A DNA stretch of 64,000 nucleotides from an uncultured bacterium (GTDB lineage Bacteria > CAYUVA01). The notes below the pieces were generated by a model. The model saw nothing but the letters and a program-made list of their open reading frames with translations, made no database searches and was not told where the DNA came from. The DNA is taken from contig CAYUVA010000018.1 of assembly GCA_964448115.1 (NCBI GenBank), positions 1-64,000 on the forward strand, read 5' to 3'. The translations under genes were made by a program, and so were the position numbers. Of the stretch, positions 20,061 to 30,758 are shown one piece after another. Numbering within the stretch: position 1 is the first letter of the stretch; each line of letters starts with the position of its first letter.

Positions 20061-23000
20061 ATGGTTATGAGTTCAAAGGTAGTTACCATAGATGGCAACG
20101 AGGCTGCGGCATATACTGCCCACAAGATCAATGAGGTTATCGCTATATATCCCATCACACCATCCTCAAACATGGGTGAGTGGGCTGATGAATGGTCAGC
20201 TCAGGGTAAAACTAATATCTGGGGCACAGTTCCCGATGTAATAGAGATGCAAAGCGAAGGGGGCGCCTCGGCTGCGGTTCACGGCGCACTTCAAACCGGC
20301 GCGCTTTGCACCACCTTTACCGCCTCGCAGGGGCTGCTTCTTATGATCCCCAGCATGTTCAAGATAGCAGGAGAGCTTACCCCCACTGTGTTTCATGTCT
20401 CGGCAAGATCGGTGGCCACACATGCCCTATCTATCTTCGGTGATCATAGCGATATAATGGCGGTTCGCTCCACTGGCTTCGGGCTGATTTCATCATCTTC
20501 GATACAGGAAATAATGGACTTTGTTCTGATCGCCCAGGCAGCCAGCCTGGAATCGAGGATACCGTTCGTGCACTTCTTCGATGGCTTCCGGCTCTCCCAC
20601 GAGGTTCAAAAGATAAACGCGCTCAGCGATGATCAAATCAGGCAGATGATCGATATGAGGTTCGTATATGAGCATCGAGCCAGGGCAATGAACCCCGAAA
20701 AGCCCGTTATACGGGGCACATCGCAGAATCCAGATGTCTTTTTCCAGCACCGCGAAAGGATAAACCGCTATTACGAGGCTTGCCCGGGTATTGTCCAAAA
20801 GGCGATGGATCGCTTCTTTGAGATAACCGGCAGAAGATATAACCTCTTTGATTATTATGGCGATCCTGATGCGGAGCGGATCGTTGTGATCATGGGATCC
20901 GGCGCCGGTGCTGTCCAGGAGACGGTTGACCGCCTGACCTCTGAGGGCGAAAAGGTGGGAGCAATCGTGGTAAGGCTGTTTAGACCTTTTGCTTCCAAGG
21001 CATTCCTCAAGATGATACCGGCTTCTACCAGGATGGTTGCGGTACTGGATCGCACCAAGGAGCCAGGCGCACAGGGAGAACCTCTATATCAAGATGTTGT
21101 AACCGCCCTGGCTAAGGGTATGATCTCCGGCGAGACAGCCTGCTCTGAGCTGCCTAATGTCATCGGCGGGCGCTATGGACTCTCCTCCAAGGACTTCACC
21201 CCTGCTATGGTAAAAGGAGTCTTTGATGAGATGAAGAAGGACAAGCCGCTGAGCAACTTTACAGTGGGTATCAATGATGATCTCAACAAGACCAGCATTG
21301 ACTACGACCCAGCCTGGTCAACCGAGAGCAAGGAGACGGTGCGCTGTCTTTTTTATGGCTTGGGTTCCGACGGGACGGTCAGCGCCAACAAGAACTCGAT
21401 AAAGATCATCGGCGAGGAGACCGACAACTATGCACAGGGCTACTTCGTCTATGACTCCAAGAAGGCAGGTGCGGTAACCATCTCGCATCTGCGCTTCGGA
21501 CCTAAGCCAATTCGTTCCTCTTATTTGGTCAACAAGGCACAGTTTATCGCCTGCCACCAGTCGGTCTTCCTGGAGAGATACGACATGCTTCGCTATGCCC
21601 AGGACGGAGGGATCTTTCTGCTCAATACACAAGCGAGCGCAGATGAGGCTTGGGATACGCTACCGGTGGAGATCCAGCAAGACCTGATCGAGAAAAAGAT
21701 GAGGTTCTATGTCATCGATGCTTACGAGGTGGCAAAGCGAACCGGCATGGGCAGGAGAATCAACACCATCATGCAGACCTGCTTCTTCGCCATATCCGGG
21801 GTGCTCCCCAGGGAGGAAGCTATCACCCGCATCAAGGAGGCGGTGCGCAAGAGCTACATACACAAGGGCGAGGATGTGGTGCAGAAAAACTATGAAGCTA
21901 TCGACCACACGCTCGCCAACCTGCATGAGGTCAAGGTGCCAGACAAGATTACATCCACCTGGCAGCGACCAGCTCCAGTCTCAAAGGAAGCGCCGGAGTT
22001 CGTGCGCAATGTCCTGGCTAAGATTATCATCAACCAGGGCGATTCACTGCCAGTAAGCGCATTCCCCGATGACGGTACTTATCCTCTAGGTACCACCCAG
22101 TGGGAAAAAAGGAACATCGCACTGGAGATTCCAGTATGGGTGCCGGAGCTTTGCATACAGTGCGGTTTCTGCTCCCTGGTCTGTCCCCATGCAGCCATAC
22201 GCATAAAGGCTTATGATGCAAAATACCTGTCTGAAGCGCCTGAGACCTTCAAGAGCATGGACTACAAGGGCAAGGAGTTTGGCCAGAATTTCAAATACAC
22301 GGTGCAGGTCGCGCCAGAGGATTGCACCGGCTGCGGGCTGTGCGTGCACAACTGCGCCGGCTTCGACAAGAAGGATAAAGAGATCAAAGCGTTGCACATG
22401 GCTGCACAGCCCCCGCTGCGTATCCCCGAAAGGGAGAACTACAAGTTCTTCCTCGATGTGCTTCCCAATGTTGATAGAACCAAGGTCAAGGTTCACACGG
22501 TCAAGGGATCCCAGTTCCTGCAACCGCTCTTCGAGTACTCAGGGGCTTGCGAGGGCTGCGGAGAGACGCCTTACCTGATGATTCTAAGCCAACTATTCGG
22601 CGACAGAGCAATAATAGGAAATGCTACCGGATGTTCATCCATCTACGGCGGAAACCTCCCCACCACGCCCTGGAGAGCCAATGACCAGGGACGAGGACCG
22701 AGCTGGAACAACTCCCTGTTCGAGGATGCAGCCGAGTTCTCCTTCGGCTTCAGGCTCACCACCGACAAGCACCGCCAATTCGCTATTGAGCTGCTTAAGC
22801 GATTGAGCAGCGAGCTGGGTGATAACCTGGTCCATGGCTTGATCAATGCGGATCAAAGCAGCGAGGAAGGAATTCTGCAACAGCGGCAGCGGGTCGCTAC
22901 CCTCAAGGCAAAGCTGGCTAAGATGGATGCTCCAGAGGCAAAGGATCTGCTTAGCGTAGCGGATACACTGATAAAGCGCAGCCTCTGGGCGGTCGGCGGA

Positions 23001-23675
23001 GACGGCTGGGCTTATGATATTGGTTATGGAGGCTTGGATCATGTGATCGCCTCCAATCGGGACATCAACCTGCTGGTGCTTGACACCGGGGTTTACTCCA
23101 ATACCGGCGGGCAGTGCTCCAAGGCGACTCCGATGGGTGCAGTGGCAAAGTTCGCCTACGGTGGCAAGCCGACCCCGCGCAAGGATCTAGGACTGTTGGC
23201 AATGAGTTATGGTCATGTCTACGTGGCTCAGATAGCCTTTGGCGCAAAGAACGCTCAAACAGTAAAGGCGCTCTACGAGGCGGATTCCTATCCGGGTCCC
23301 TCGCTGGTCATCGCATATTGCCACTGCATTGCCCACGGCATCGACATGTCCAAGGGAACTGACAATCACCAGAAGGCGGTCGATTCAGCCTCTTGGATAC
23401 TATACCGATACGATCCCAGACGCCTGGATGCAGGGAAGAATCCACTCCAACTGGATAGCAAGGCACCAAAGTTGCCGGTTAAGGACTGGACAGACATGGA
23501 AGTGCGCTTCCGCAACCTGTTCAGGACGCAACCAGAGAGAGCGGAGTTCCTCGCCAAGCTCTCCCAGCGCTACACCGAGGCGAGATGGCTCTTCTATGAG
23601 ACATTGTCCAAGATTCCATACGAGCAGGAGGCTGACAAGTTCAAGGAGTGCAATCCCTTTACCTGCAAGCCCTGA
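20061..23675 (+). CDS. nifJ: Pyruvate:ferredoxin (flavodoxin) oxidoreductase, homodimeric type
   Basis: AIYPITPSS, EMQSEGGA, GLGSDGTV, two CxxCxxCxxxC clusters, SGACEGCGETPY, GGDGWAYDIG TPP motif. Confidence 0.97.
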   Translation: MVMSSKVVTIDGNEAAAYTAHKINEVIAIYPITPSSNMGEWADEWSAQGKTNIWGTVPDVIEMQSEGGASAAVHGALQTGALCTTFTASQGLLLMIPSMFKIAGELTPTVFHVSARSVATHALSIFGDHSDIMAVRSTGFGLISSSSIQEIMDFVLIAQAASLESRIPFVHFFDGFRLSHEVQKINALSDDQIRQMIDMRFVYEHRARAMNPEKPVIRGTSQNPDVFFQHRERINRYYEACPGIVQKAMDRFFEITGRRYNLFDYYGDPDAERIVVIMGSGAGAVQETVDRLTSEGEKVGAIVVRLFRPFASKAFLKMIPASTRMVAVLDRTKEPGAQGEPLYQDVVTALAKGMISGETACSELPNVIGGRYGLSSKDFTPAMVKGVFDEMKKDKPLSNFTVGINDDLNKTSIDYDPAWSTESKETVRCLFYGLGSDGTVSANKNSIKIIGEETDNYAQGYFVYDSKKAGAVTISHLRFGPKPIRSSYLVNKAQFIACHQSVFLERYDMLRYAQDGGIFLLNTQASADEAWDTLPVEIQQDLIEKKMRFYVIDAYEVAKRTGMGRRINTIMQTCFFAISGVLPREEAITRIKEAVRKSYIHKGEDVVQKNYEAIDHTLANLHEVKVPDKITSTWQRPAPVSKEAPEFVRNVLAKIIINQGDSLPVSAFPDDGTYPLGTTQWEKRNIALEIPVWVPELCIQCGFCSLVCPHAAIRIKAYDAKYLSEAPETFKSMDYKGKEFGQNFKYTVQVAPEDCTGCGLCVHNCAGFDKKDKEIKALHMAAQPPLRIPERENYKFFLDVLPNVDRTKVKVHTVKGSQFLQPLFEYSGACEGCGETPYLMILSQLFGDRAIIGNATGCSSIYGGNLPTTPWRANDQGRGPSWNNSLFEDAAEFSFGFRLTTDKHRQFAIELLKRLSSELGDNLVHGLINADQSSEEGILQQRQRVATLKAKLAKMDAPEAKDLLSVADTLIKRSLWAVGGDGWAYDIGYGGLDHVIASNRDINLLVLDTGVYSNTGGQCSKATPMGAVAKFAYGGKPTPRKDLGLLAMSYGHVYVAQIAFGAKNAQTVKALYEADSYPGPSLVIAYCHCIAHGIDMSKGTDNHQKAVDSASWILYRYDPRRLDAGKNPLQLDSKAPKLPVKDWTDMEVRFRNLFRTQPERAEFLAKLSQRYTEARWLFYETLSKIPYEQEADKFKECNPFTCKP

Positions 23676-23757
23676 AAAGAGGCTTTAGAGTTAATTAACC
23701 ACAAAGGCATCCCAGCTCGGTCTGGGGAAGCATGCGTTACATTCCCGCGCTCTCTTT

Positions 23758-23804
23758 GTCATTCCAGGTCCCCCTCTGTCATTCCCCCGCAGGCGGGAAT
23801 CCAG
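23758..23804. repeat. GTCATTCC-type REP-like palindrome (family A)
   Basis: GTCATTCC at 23758 and GTCATTCCCCCGCAGGCGGGAATCCAG at 23778-23804. Confidence 0.75.
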
Positions 23805-24066
23805 TTATGTAGTTGTCTGTTATAACAGAATGACTCCCTGCCACCTTGCATGGAATTAATTATATTAACTTCTTTTGTTATTGTCAATTCCATTATTCAT
23901 TATGATACCTATCCGTTTTAATCTGGATCCCCTGATCCTCAGGGGATTCATTATTGATTTAGATCTTTTTATTATTGATCTAGCTCTTTTGGAACTTGTA
24001 AAAGTTCCACCACAACCGGTATGGCTATGGCAAGAACTTTGAATAATAATTTTATTTGTAATATTA

Positions 24067-24594
24067 TCACCTCCTTTCTTTTTGATAGTTTATTTCTTTT
24101 CCTAGTAAGGCACTTATTATCATTCCGGTCATCGGAATCGCTGCTGCGCCGATAGCTCCCATCGTAACTGCACCGGTTACGCCAAGCCCTGATGACATCA
24201 GTAAGTTGCTTATTCCTTTTGCTGCCTTAGATTGGTTTTTTCTAAGGTCGCTCTGTAAAAGGAATAATATCTTCTTTAAATCGTCCTCCTTGATTAGTTT
24301 TTTAACCCGCTTGATCTCCTCACTATTTTCCAGGAGATTTAATATCGCCCTAAGATCATCTTTGCTCATAAGGATAAATGATGGGCTTATCTTTAAAGCA
24401 TCTGCTATTCTATCAATGGTTGACAACAAGGGATCTATGTCGCCAACTTCTATCTTTGCTAGGGTGGTTCGAGATATCCCAGCTCTTTCTGCTAGTTCTT
24501 CCTGTGTGAGCATTATCGCTTTCCTTGCCATGATGATGTTATTAGCAAGCAGGCTCTTTAATGATTCACTTTTCTCATTTATTTCTTTGGTCAT
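24067..24594 (-). CDS. XRE-family helix-turn-helix regulator with hydrophobic Gly/Ala-rich C-terminus
   Basis: LTQEELAERAGISRTTLAKIEVG...PLLSTIDRIADAL; AAAGGAGGT RBS. Confidence 0.88.
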   Translation of the reverse strand: MTKEINEKSESLKSLLANNIIMARKAIMLTQEELAERAGISRTTLAKIEVGDIDPLLSTIDRIADALKISPSFILMSKDDLRAILNLLENSEEIKRVKKLIKEDDLKKILFLLQSDLRKNQSKAAKGISNLLMSSGLGVTGAVTMGAIGAAAIPMTGMIISALLGKEINYQKERR

Positions 24595-24627
24595 ATTACG
24601 ACCTCCTTTCTATTTTGTTACAATACT

Positions 24628-24656
24628 GATATAAGTCCTTCTCTGCTTTTTGTCAA
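24628..24656 (-). promoter_or_regulatory. Putative sigma70 promoter for the XRE regulator
   Basis: Minus strand TTGACA-N17-TATATC. Confidence 0.45.
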
Positions 24657-24862
24657 GAGAAAAATGCAATCAAATTCATTTATCGTTTAAATAACTGTCA
24701 TTTGTTTATTTCTATTAACATAGTTCAATCAATTTGCCATAAACTCCCGAGATGTCTCCTTATATACACAGAAAAAACATTCATTCTATAATGTTAATCC
24801 TCCTGATATTGTGATATCTTAACCTCCGGCTAAAGGATATACATGTTGGCGAGGGTTACGAT

Positions 24863-27800
24863 ATGAAGCGATTCAACATAAGCATTCTACTGGTGGCGAT
24901 GGCGGCAATCCTTTGCCCTTGCGCGGTCTGGGGAGACCTGCCCGAAGGCTTCCCCAATGACCCCGAATACGACCGCTCGGAGCACGAAGATCCACCTGGC
25001 TCGCCGTTTCGTGAGCAATGGTACCTGTTCAGCTTCGAGCCACGCAAGTACCCCGGCGCCGGCGTAAGCGGTATCAGCGCCGATATCGCCTGGGAATACT
25101 GCATCGGCAGGCGGGATGTAATTATCGCGGTGCTCGACTCCGGCACCGAGTGGGGAAATCCTGACCTGGCTAACCAGTACTACCTCAACCGCGGCGAGCT
25201 TCCCGAACCGCAGAACGGCGATGGAATAAGCACACCCGGCGTCTATGACTACAACCGCGACCGCTGGTTCAACATTGAGGACTATGTCGATGACCCAAGA
25301 GTTTACGACATCAGCGAGGACGGCATCATCGACCCCCACGACCTTATCCTGCTGTTTTCCGATGGTCTCGATGACGACAGCAACGGCTTCATCGACGATA
25401 TCTGCGGTTGGGACTTCTTCGAGGGAGATAACAATGCGATGGACAACGTGAAGTCCCAGGGCTACAGCCACGGCTACACCTGCATTCGAGAGGGTGCCTC
25501 GCAGGGGAATAATGGCATCGGCAAGACCGGTCCGGCTCCGATTATAAGTGTTATGCCGCTCAGGGTAGGCGATTTCTTCATGGCAGATATCAACCGGGTG
25601 GGCATGGCTGCGCTCTATGCTGCCCAGATGCGTTCCAACGTGCTATCCTGTGCGCTGGCGACCTACAACAACTCCAGCTTCGGCGCCGAGGCGATCCGCT
25701 ATGCTTACCAGCATGGCGTTTTGACCATAGCAGGCTCTGGCGATGAGGGCGCCTTCCACCACCACTATCCAGCCATCTACGACAAGGCGGTGATGATAAG
25801 CGGCATCGTTCCCGACAACCTCCATGTAGAGGATAGCCTGCCAACTACAACCTATATAAACAACAGCAACTTCAGCAACTGGGGAGCGCACCTGCATCTC
25901 TCCGTGCCCCACACCTCGACCTCGTATTCGACAGCTCTGGCATCGGGAGCGACCGCGCTCGTCTTCGCTTACGGAAAGGACCTGGTGGATCAAGGCGAGC
26001 TTGAATATGAGCTTACCGCTGGCGAGGTCAAGCAGATACTGTGCAACAACACAGATGATATCAACGAGCCTTACGACCCGCAGCGCTATCCGAGCCATGA
26101 AGGATGGGACTTTTATCACGGCTATGGACGCCTGAACCTGGGCAAAGCGCTCGCCTCCATGGGAGCCGGCACCATACCACCCCAGGCGGATATCGAGTGG
26201 CCGGAATGGTTCTCCATCCACGACCCGGAAAAGAAGCCTATACTCGAAATAGGTGGTTTCGTGTCTGCAAGGCGCGCCGAGTACTTCGAGTATAGCCTTG
26301 AGTACGGCATAGGCAGAGATCCCCTGTACTTCAAGGAATTTTATCATTCGGGTCCGATACAGGGCGAACTCAGGGGGACACTGGCGAGCCTCGATATAAC
26401 ATCGATCATCTTCATGTATCATCTCCCCCCGGAGACTCCCTTTGATCACATGGTTACCATCAGGCTCAAGGTGATCGATAACCTGGGCAACTATGCCGAG
26501 GACAAAAGGGCGATGTTCATCAGCCACGATGCTGATCTCAAGGCGAATTGTCCGATATACATCGGCGCATCAGGCGAATCATCCCCCAAGCTGGCTGATC
26601 TGAACAACGATGGCGCGCTGGAAATCGTATTCGGAACCGCTGATGGAAAGGTGTGCGTGATAAGGGGCGATGGCTCGGCTCAGACCGGCTGGCCGGTAAG
26701 CATGACCCCCTGCGATGCCTTCAACGGTTGGCTCGACCCCTCTGGTACCGCTGATTGGATCGCCTCGTTTAGCCCTGAGCTGCCCGTAAGCGGAGCATCC
26801 ATCATCGGCGCGCCGGCGGTCGGCGACATAAACCAGGACCGGCAGTTGGAGATCGTGATCGCCAACTCCGCGGGCAAGGTCTATGTATTCGACCCGGTTG
26901 GAAATGTATTGGCTGGGTTCCCGGTCTCGATGGATCCTGAGTTTTCCGACCCTTCGCTGCGCAGCCAGGAGTACATGGTGGAGATGGCTTTTTACTCATC
27001 GCCGGCGCTTGCTGACCTGGATGGCGACGAGTACTTGGAGATAATCATTTCCGGCGGGGATCAGAGGCTGTATGTCTGGCGCTATGATGGCAGTTCACTG
27101 GCGGGCTTCCCGGTGAGGCTCTACGATGCCTCCGAGGAAAATCCACAGGGGAGGAGGATCTTTTCATCTCCCGCGGTCGGCGATATCGATGGCGATGGCG
27201 TGCCTGAGATCGTGGTCGGCAGCCAGGAGGTCTATGGCACCAGTTGTCGGCTATATGCGGTCAGAGCCGATGGTAGCTTTATGCCCGGCTGGCCGGTCAA
27301 GCCGTTTGCATTGTATGCGGACATCGTCCCTGTAATTGGCACCGGCATCTCAAGTTCGCCGCTGCTTCTGGATATAGACCAAGATGGCACGCTCAAGATA
27401 GCGGCATCGGTGGTGATTGGAACTCCGACCATCTACAACTACGATGGGAGCATCTGGCGGGACATGAACCTTGCGCCGTTCGGTGCTTATTCGGACACTG
27501 ATGACACCCCGAGCATGGTGGTTATGTCCAATCACAGCGCCGGCGACCTGGACCTGGATGGAAAGCTGGAGTTTATAAGCGGCGGCACCGGCTTGCGATA
27601 TGCTTTATCCATGGCTTTCCAGGGAATCAGGGTAACCAACATCCACAACATCTCGGCTTGGGATACGGAGACTAATCGCTTCATGCCATGTTTCCCGCGC
27701 GCGCTGGAGGACGCCCAGTTCTTCGTCTCCCCGGCGGTTGCCGATATCGACCGCGATGGTTACCCGGAGATAATCCCCGGCACTGGCGGATACATCAGCC

Positions 27801-28417
27801 ACGCCTTCAATCATCGGGGTATTGAGCCAGCCGGATGGCCTAAGCTAAACGGCGGCTGGCTCTTTGCCAGCCCGGCTATCGGCGATGTCGATGGCGACAA
27901 GCTGCTCGAGGTGGTAGTCATAACCCGCGAGGGATACCTGTTTATCTGGGACACGAGGGGGACTATGGGACCGACGCATCGCCCCTCGGTGCACTTCCAG
28001 GAGTTCAGGGGCAACAACTACAACAACGGCGTGGTGAGCGTCCTGACTCCGACACCGACCCCGCAGCGCACCCCGCCATACACCTACACCCCCACCCCAT
28101 ACCCGGGCAACATTCCACAAGTGATGGTCGCCGGCTACATGGATACCTATATCTCAAGTGCATCAGGGGGAAAGTTCACCCTGTGGGCTTACACCGGCGA
28201 GGTTCCGCTGCATCTTAATCCGACCCTACATGTATTGTATCAAGGCACGGTGATAACTAACCTGCCGCTGATCGATGCGGTCAATGGCGTATTTGCCATG
28301 GGGGAAATGTCCGTATCGCCGGGCATCCCCCTTGGGTGCATACAGCTTTTGCTAAGATACACCGATGACAGGGAGCTTTCGAGTTTTTCCTGGCCATATT
28401 TACCAGTTACCAATTAA
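24863..28417 (+). CDS. Secreted S8 (subtilisin-like) peptidase with FG-GAP/VCBS repeats, Pro/Thr linker and conserved C-terminal domain
   Basis: Signal peptide; IAVLDSG (Asp), SHG (His), STSYSTALASG (Ser); DDDSNGFIDDICGWDF; repeated SSPA(L/V)xD(I/L)DGDG..EI; CTD PQVMVAGYMDT...WPYLPVTN. Confidence 0.88.
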   Translation: MKRFNISILLVAMAAILCPCAVWGDLPEGFPNDPEYDRSEHEDPPGSPFREQWYLFSFEPRKYPGAGVSGISADIAWEYCIGRRDVIIAVLDSGTEWGNPDLANQYYLNRGELPEPQNGDGISTPGVYDYNRDRWFNIEDYVDDPRVYDISEDGIIDPHDLILLFSDGLDDDSNGFIDDICGWDFFEGDNNAMDNVKSQGYSHGYTCIREGASQGNNGIGKTGPAPIISVMPLRVGDFFMADINRVGMAALYAAQMRSNVLSCALATYNNSSFGAEAIRYAYQHGVLTIAGSGDEGAFHHHYPAIYDKAVMISGIVPDNLHVEDSLPTTTYINNSNFSNWGAHLHLSVPHTSTSYSTALASGATALVFAYGKDLVDQGELEYELTAGEVKQILCNNTDDINEPYDPQRYPSHEGWDFYHGYGRLNLGKALASMGAGTIPPQADIEWPEWFSIHDPEKKPILEIGGFVSARRAEYFEYSLEYGIGRDPLYFKEFYHSGPIQGELRGTLASLDITSIIFMYHLPPETPFDHMVTIRLKVIDNLGNYAEDKRAMFISHDADLKANCPIYIGASGESSPKLADLNNDGALEIVFGTADGKVCVIRGDGSAQTGWPVSMTPCDAFNGWLDPSGTADWIASFSPELPVSGASIIGAPAVGDINQDRQLEIVIANSAGKVYVFDPVGNVLAGFPVSMDPEFSDPSLRSQEYMVEMAFYSSPALADLDGDEYLEIIISGGDQRLYVWRYDGSSLAGFPVRLYDASEENPQGRRIFSSPAVGDIDGDGVPEIVVGSQEVYGTSCRLYAVRADGSFMPGWPVKPFALYADIVPVIGTGISSSPLLLDIDQDGTLKIAASVVIGTPTIYNYDGSIWRDMNLAPFGAYSDTDDTPSMVVMSNHSAGDLDLDGKLEFISGGTGLRYALSMAFQGIRVTNIHNISAWDTETNRFMPCFPRALEDAQFFVSPAVADIDRDGYPEIIPGTGGYISHAFNHRGIEPAGWPKLNGGWLFASPAIGDVDGDKLLEVVVITREGYLFIWDTRGTMGPTHRPSVHFQEFRGNNYNNGVVSVLTPTPTPQRTPPYTYTPTPYPGNIPQVMVAGYMDTYISSASGGKFTLWAYTGEVPLHLNPTLHVLYQGTVITNLPLIDAVNGVFAMGEMSVSPGIPLGCIQLLLRYTDDRELSSFSWPYLPVTN

Positions 28418-28457
28418 GCGATAAACTGATATCAAACCATGGGAGAAACTAGCAGCC

Positions 28458-29366
28458 ATGGAAACAGGCTTACTCTTCGAGCAGATAGAGCAGAACAAGC
28501 GCAAGACCTGGATTCTGATCATCGGTTTCAGCCTTTTTATCACTGGATTAGGTCTGCTGTTCGGGTATAACTTCGGCAGCCCGGAAGCCGGCATCATCAT
28601 CGCATTGGTCATCGCCGTGGTCTATATCCTCATCGCCTACAAAGGGGCTAATACATGGGTATTATCGATAAGCAGGGCACAGCAGGCGGATCGCAAGGAA
28701 CATCGGATGCTGTATAACCTGGTCGAGGGGCTTTGCTTGGCTGGCGGGTTATACATGCCTAAGATATATGTAATCCAAGACGATGCACCTAATGCCTTTG
28801 CTACCGGGATGGATGAGAAAAACGGCGCGGTCATAGTAACCACGGGGCTTTTAGGGAAACTGAACAAGGAGGAGCTTGAGGGCGTTCTCGCCCACGAGCT
28901 TTCCCATATCAACAACCGCGACTCCCAGCTTATGGTGATCACTATCGCCCTGGTCGGAGTTGTTGCCCTGCTGAGCGATCTTATGCTAAGGAGCATGTTC
29001 TTCGGCAGCTCAAGGAGAAGGGCACCAGTAAAAGGTGGAGGACAACTCGGTGTTATCCTGGTGGTAGTTGGGCTGCTGTTGGCTGTTCTCGGTCCCATAG
29101 CTGCACAACTGATACGGCTTGCAATCTCAAGAAACCGCGAGTTTTTAGCCGATGCCTACGCTGTGAAGCTGACCCGCAATCCGGAGGGACTGATCAGGGC
29201 GCTCAAGAAGCTGACCATGGACAAGGAGCCACTCAAGGTCGCCAACAAGGCAACCGCACACCTGTATATTATCAACCCACTGATCGAGCATCGCGGTAAG
29301 CTGAACTCGCTGTTCAACACGCATCCATCCATAGACGACCGCATAGCAGCCCTCAAGAAGATGTAG
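28458..29366 (+). CDS. htpX: Membrane zinc metalloprotease HtpX (M48)
   Basis: PNAFATG, VLAHELSHI, ISRNREFLADA, THPSIDDRI. Confidence 0.93.
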   Translation: METGLLFEQIEQNKRKTWILIIGFSLFITGLGLLFGYNFGSPEAGIIIALVIAVVYILIAYKGANTWVLSISRAQQADRKEHRMLYNLVEGLCLAGGLYMPKIYVIQDDAPNAFATGMDEKNGAVIVTTGLLGKLNKEELEGVLAHELSHINNRDSQLMVITIALVGVVALLSDLMLRSMFFGSSRRRAPVKGGGQLGVILVVVGLLLAVLGPIAAQLIRLAISRNREFLADAYAVKLTRNPEGLIRALKKLTMDKEPLKVANKATAHLYIINPLIEHRGKLNSLFNTHPSIDDRIAALKKM

Positions 29367-29535
29367 GAGGCATAAGGCTTAAGGATTGAGGTTTGAGTGC
29401 TTTTAGAAACACAAAGACACAAAGGAAAACTTGAAATAAAGCTGAGATTATTTACAATGGACTCTGCTAACCAAGATAGATGGTATTCATAGAAAACGAG
29501 ATTCTTGAACGAAAAGTCTAATAAGGAGCATCAAG

Positions 29536-30090
29536 ATGGCTGAACATAACCTGACCACTCCGCTCTCCGATGATGATGTAGCAAAGCTGAAGGCAGGCGA
29601 TTCGGTTCGTATCACCGGTATAATTTACGGTGCAAGGGATGCGGCGCACAAACGCATGGTTGAAGCGCTGGAAAGAGGAGAAGACCTGCCGATCGACCTC
29701 AAGGGCGCAGTTATATATTACGCAGGTCCTGCACCAGCGAAACCAGGTCAACCTATCGGCTCCGCGGGACCAACAACCAGCTACCGCATGGATGCCTATG
29801 CGCCAAAGCTGTTAGATCTAGGGCTTAAAGGGATGATCGGCAAGGGAAACCGCGGTAAAGAGGTAATCGAGTCATGTATTAAGAATAAGGCAGTTTACAT
29901 GGCTGCAACCGGCGGCGCCGGAGCGCTGATCGCAAAGTCGATAAAAAAGGTAACCACCGTGGATTACGAAGATTTAGGTCCCGAGGCTCTTCGTATGTAC
30001 GAGGTGGTGGATTTCCCTGCTATCGTTGTGAACGATATCTACGGAAATGACCTTTACGAGGAGGGAAGAAAGAAATACGCGGTGGATTAA
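29536..30090 (+). CDS. Fe-S hydro-lyase (class I fumarate hydratase/tartrate dehydratase) beta subunit
   Basis: ARDAAHKR, GPTTSYRMD, MIGKG, GGAGAL, DLGPEA. Confidence 0.93.
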   Translation: MAEHNLTTPLSDDDVAKLKAGDSVRITGIIYGARDAAHKRMVEALERGEDLPIDLKGAVIYYAGPAPAKPGQPIGSAGPTTSYRMDAYAPKLLDLGLKGMIGKGNRGKEVIESCIKNKAVYMAATGGAGALIAKSIKKVTTVDYEDLGPEALRMYEVVDFPAIVVNDIYGNDLYEEGRKKYAVD

Positions 30091-30101
30091 AGGGGTAATC
30101 C

Positions 30102-30758
30102 TTGCAGGCTATGATTGGTTGCAGGTTACAAGTGGCTATTGTTTTTGCAATAACCTTTGTATTGCATCAAAATCTGGCTGCATCTGCTGAGAAGGTGCTA
30201 TTAGACCGAACCATAGCAGCCTATTCTGATCGAGTCATAACCCTAAGCGAGCTATTGGAGACCCAGGAGATATTCTTCCCCCAAAAGGAGATCTGTGAAT
30301 TCAACTTGGATGATGGCAACTTCCATGAGGTGTTGGACTTGATGGTCGGTCAGCGTTTAGCTCTAAAATTCCTTGAGAAGCTGCCCCATGAGGTGATCAG
30401 TCAAGAAAAGCTGGACACAAGAATCAACAACCTTATAGTCAAACACGGCTCAAGGGATGCTTTGGAGCAAGCGCTTCTTAAATGGGGACGGGACTGGGAT
30501 TACTTGGTCAAGCGGCTGGTAGATGAATGGAGGCTGTTCAATTACCTGAGGCATCGCCTTGGCAAAGATTTGAGCATCTCTGAAGAGCAGGTGCAAAGGC
30601 GTTACCAGGAGCTACGCAGTGAACTGGGAGAAGTAGCACTTACGGCGAAGGTCTCGGAGAAGATACGGCAGGTGATCATCGAGGAACAGATAAATGAAAG
30701 GCTGGAGAGCTGGATCGAAAAGCTGAAGGAGGTCTATGAGCTGAAGATCCTGCTTTAG
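30102..30758 (+). CDS. SurA N-terminal-like periplasmic chaperone
   Basis: Signal peptide; LLDRTIAAY..RVITLSEL; ISEEQV..RY; WIEKLK...LKIL. Confidence 0.6.
   Translation: MQAMIGCRLQVAIVFAITFVLHQNLAASAEKVLLDRTIAAYSDRVITLSELLETQEIFFPQKEICEFNLDDGNFHEVLDLMVGQRLALKFLEKLPHEVISQEKLDTRINNLIVKHGSRDALEQALLKWGRDWDYLVKRLVDEWRLFNYLRHRLGKDLSISEEQVQRRYQELRSELGEVALTAKVSEKIRQVIIEEQINERLESWIEKLKEVYELKILL

Noticed and set aside
25643-26527. 294 aa antisense ORF, and the many other overlapping antisense or alternate-frame ORFs in the track
   Set aside because: They are shadows of well-supported genes with GC3-rich codons and carry no recognisable motifs.
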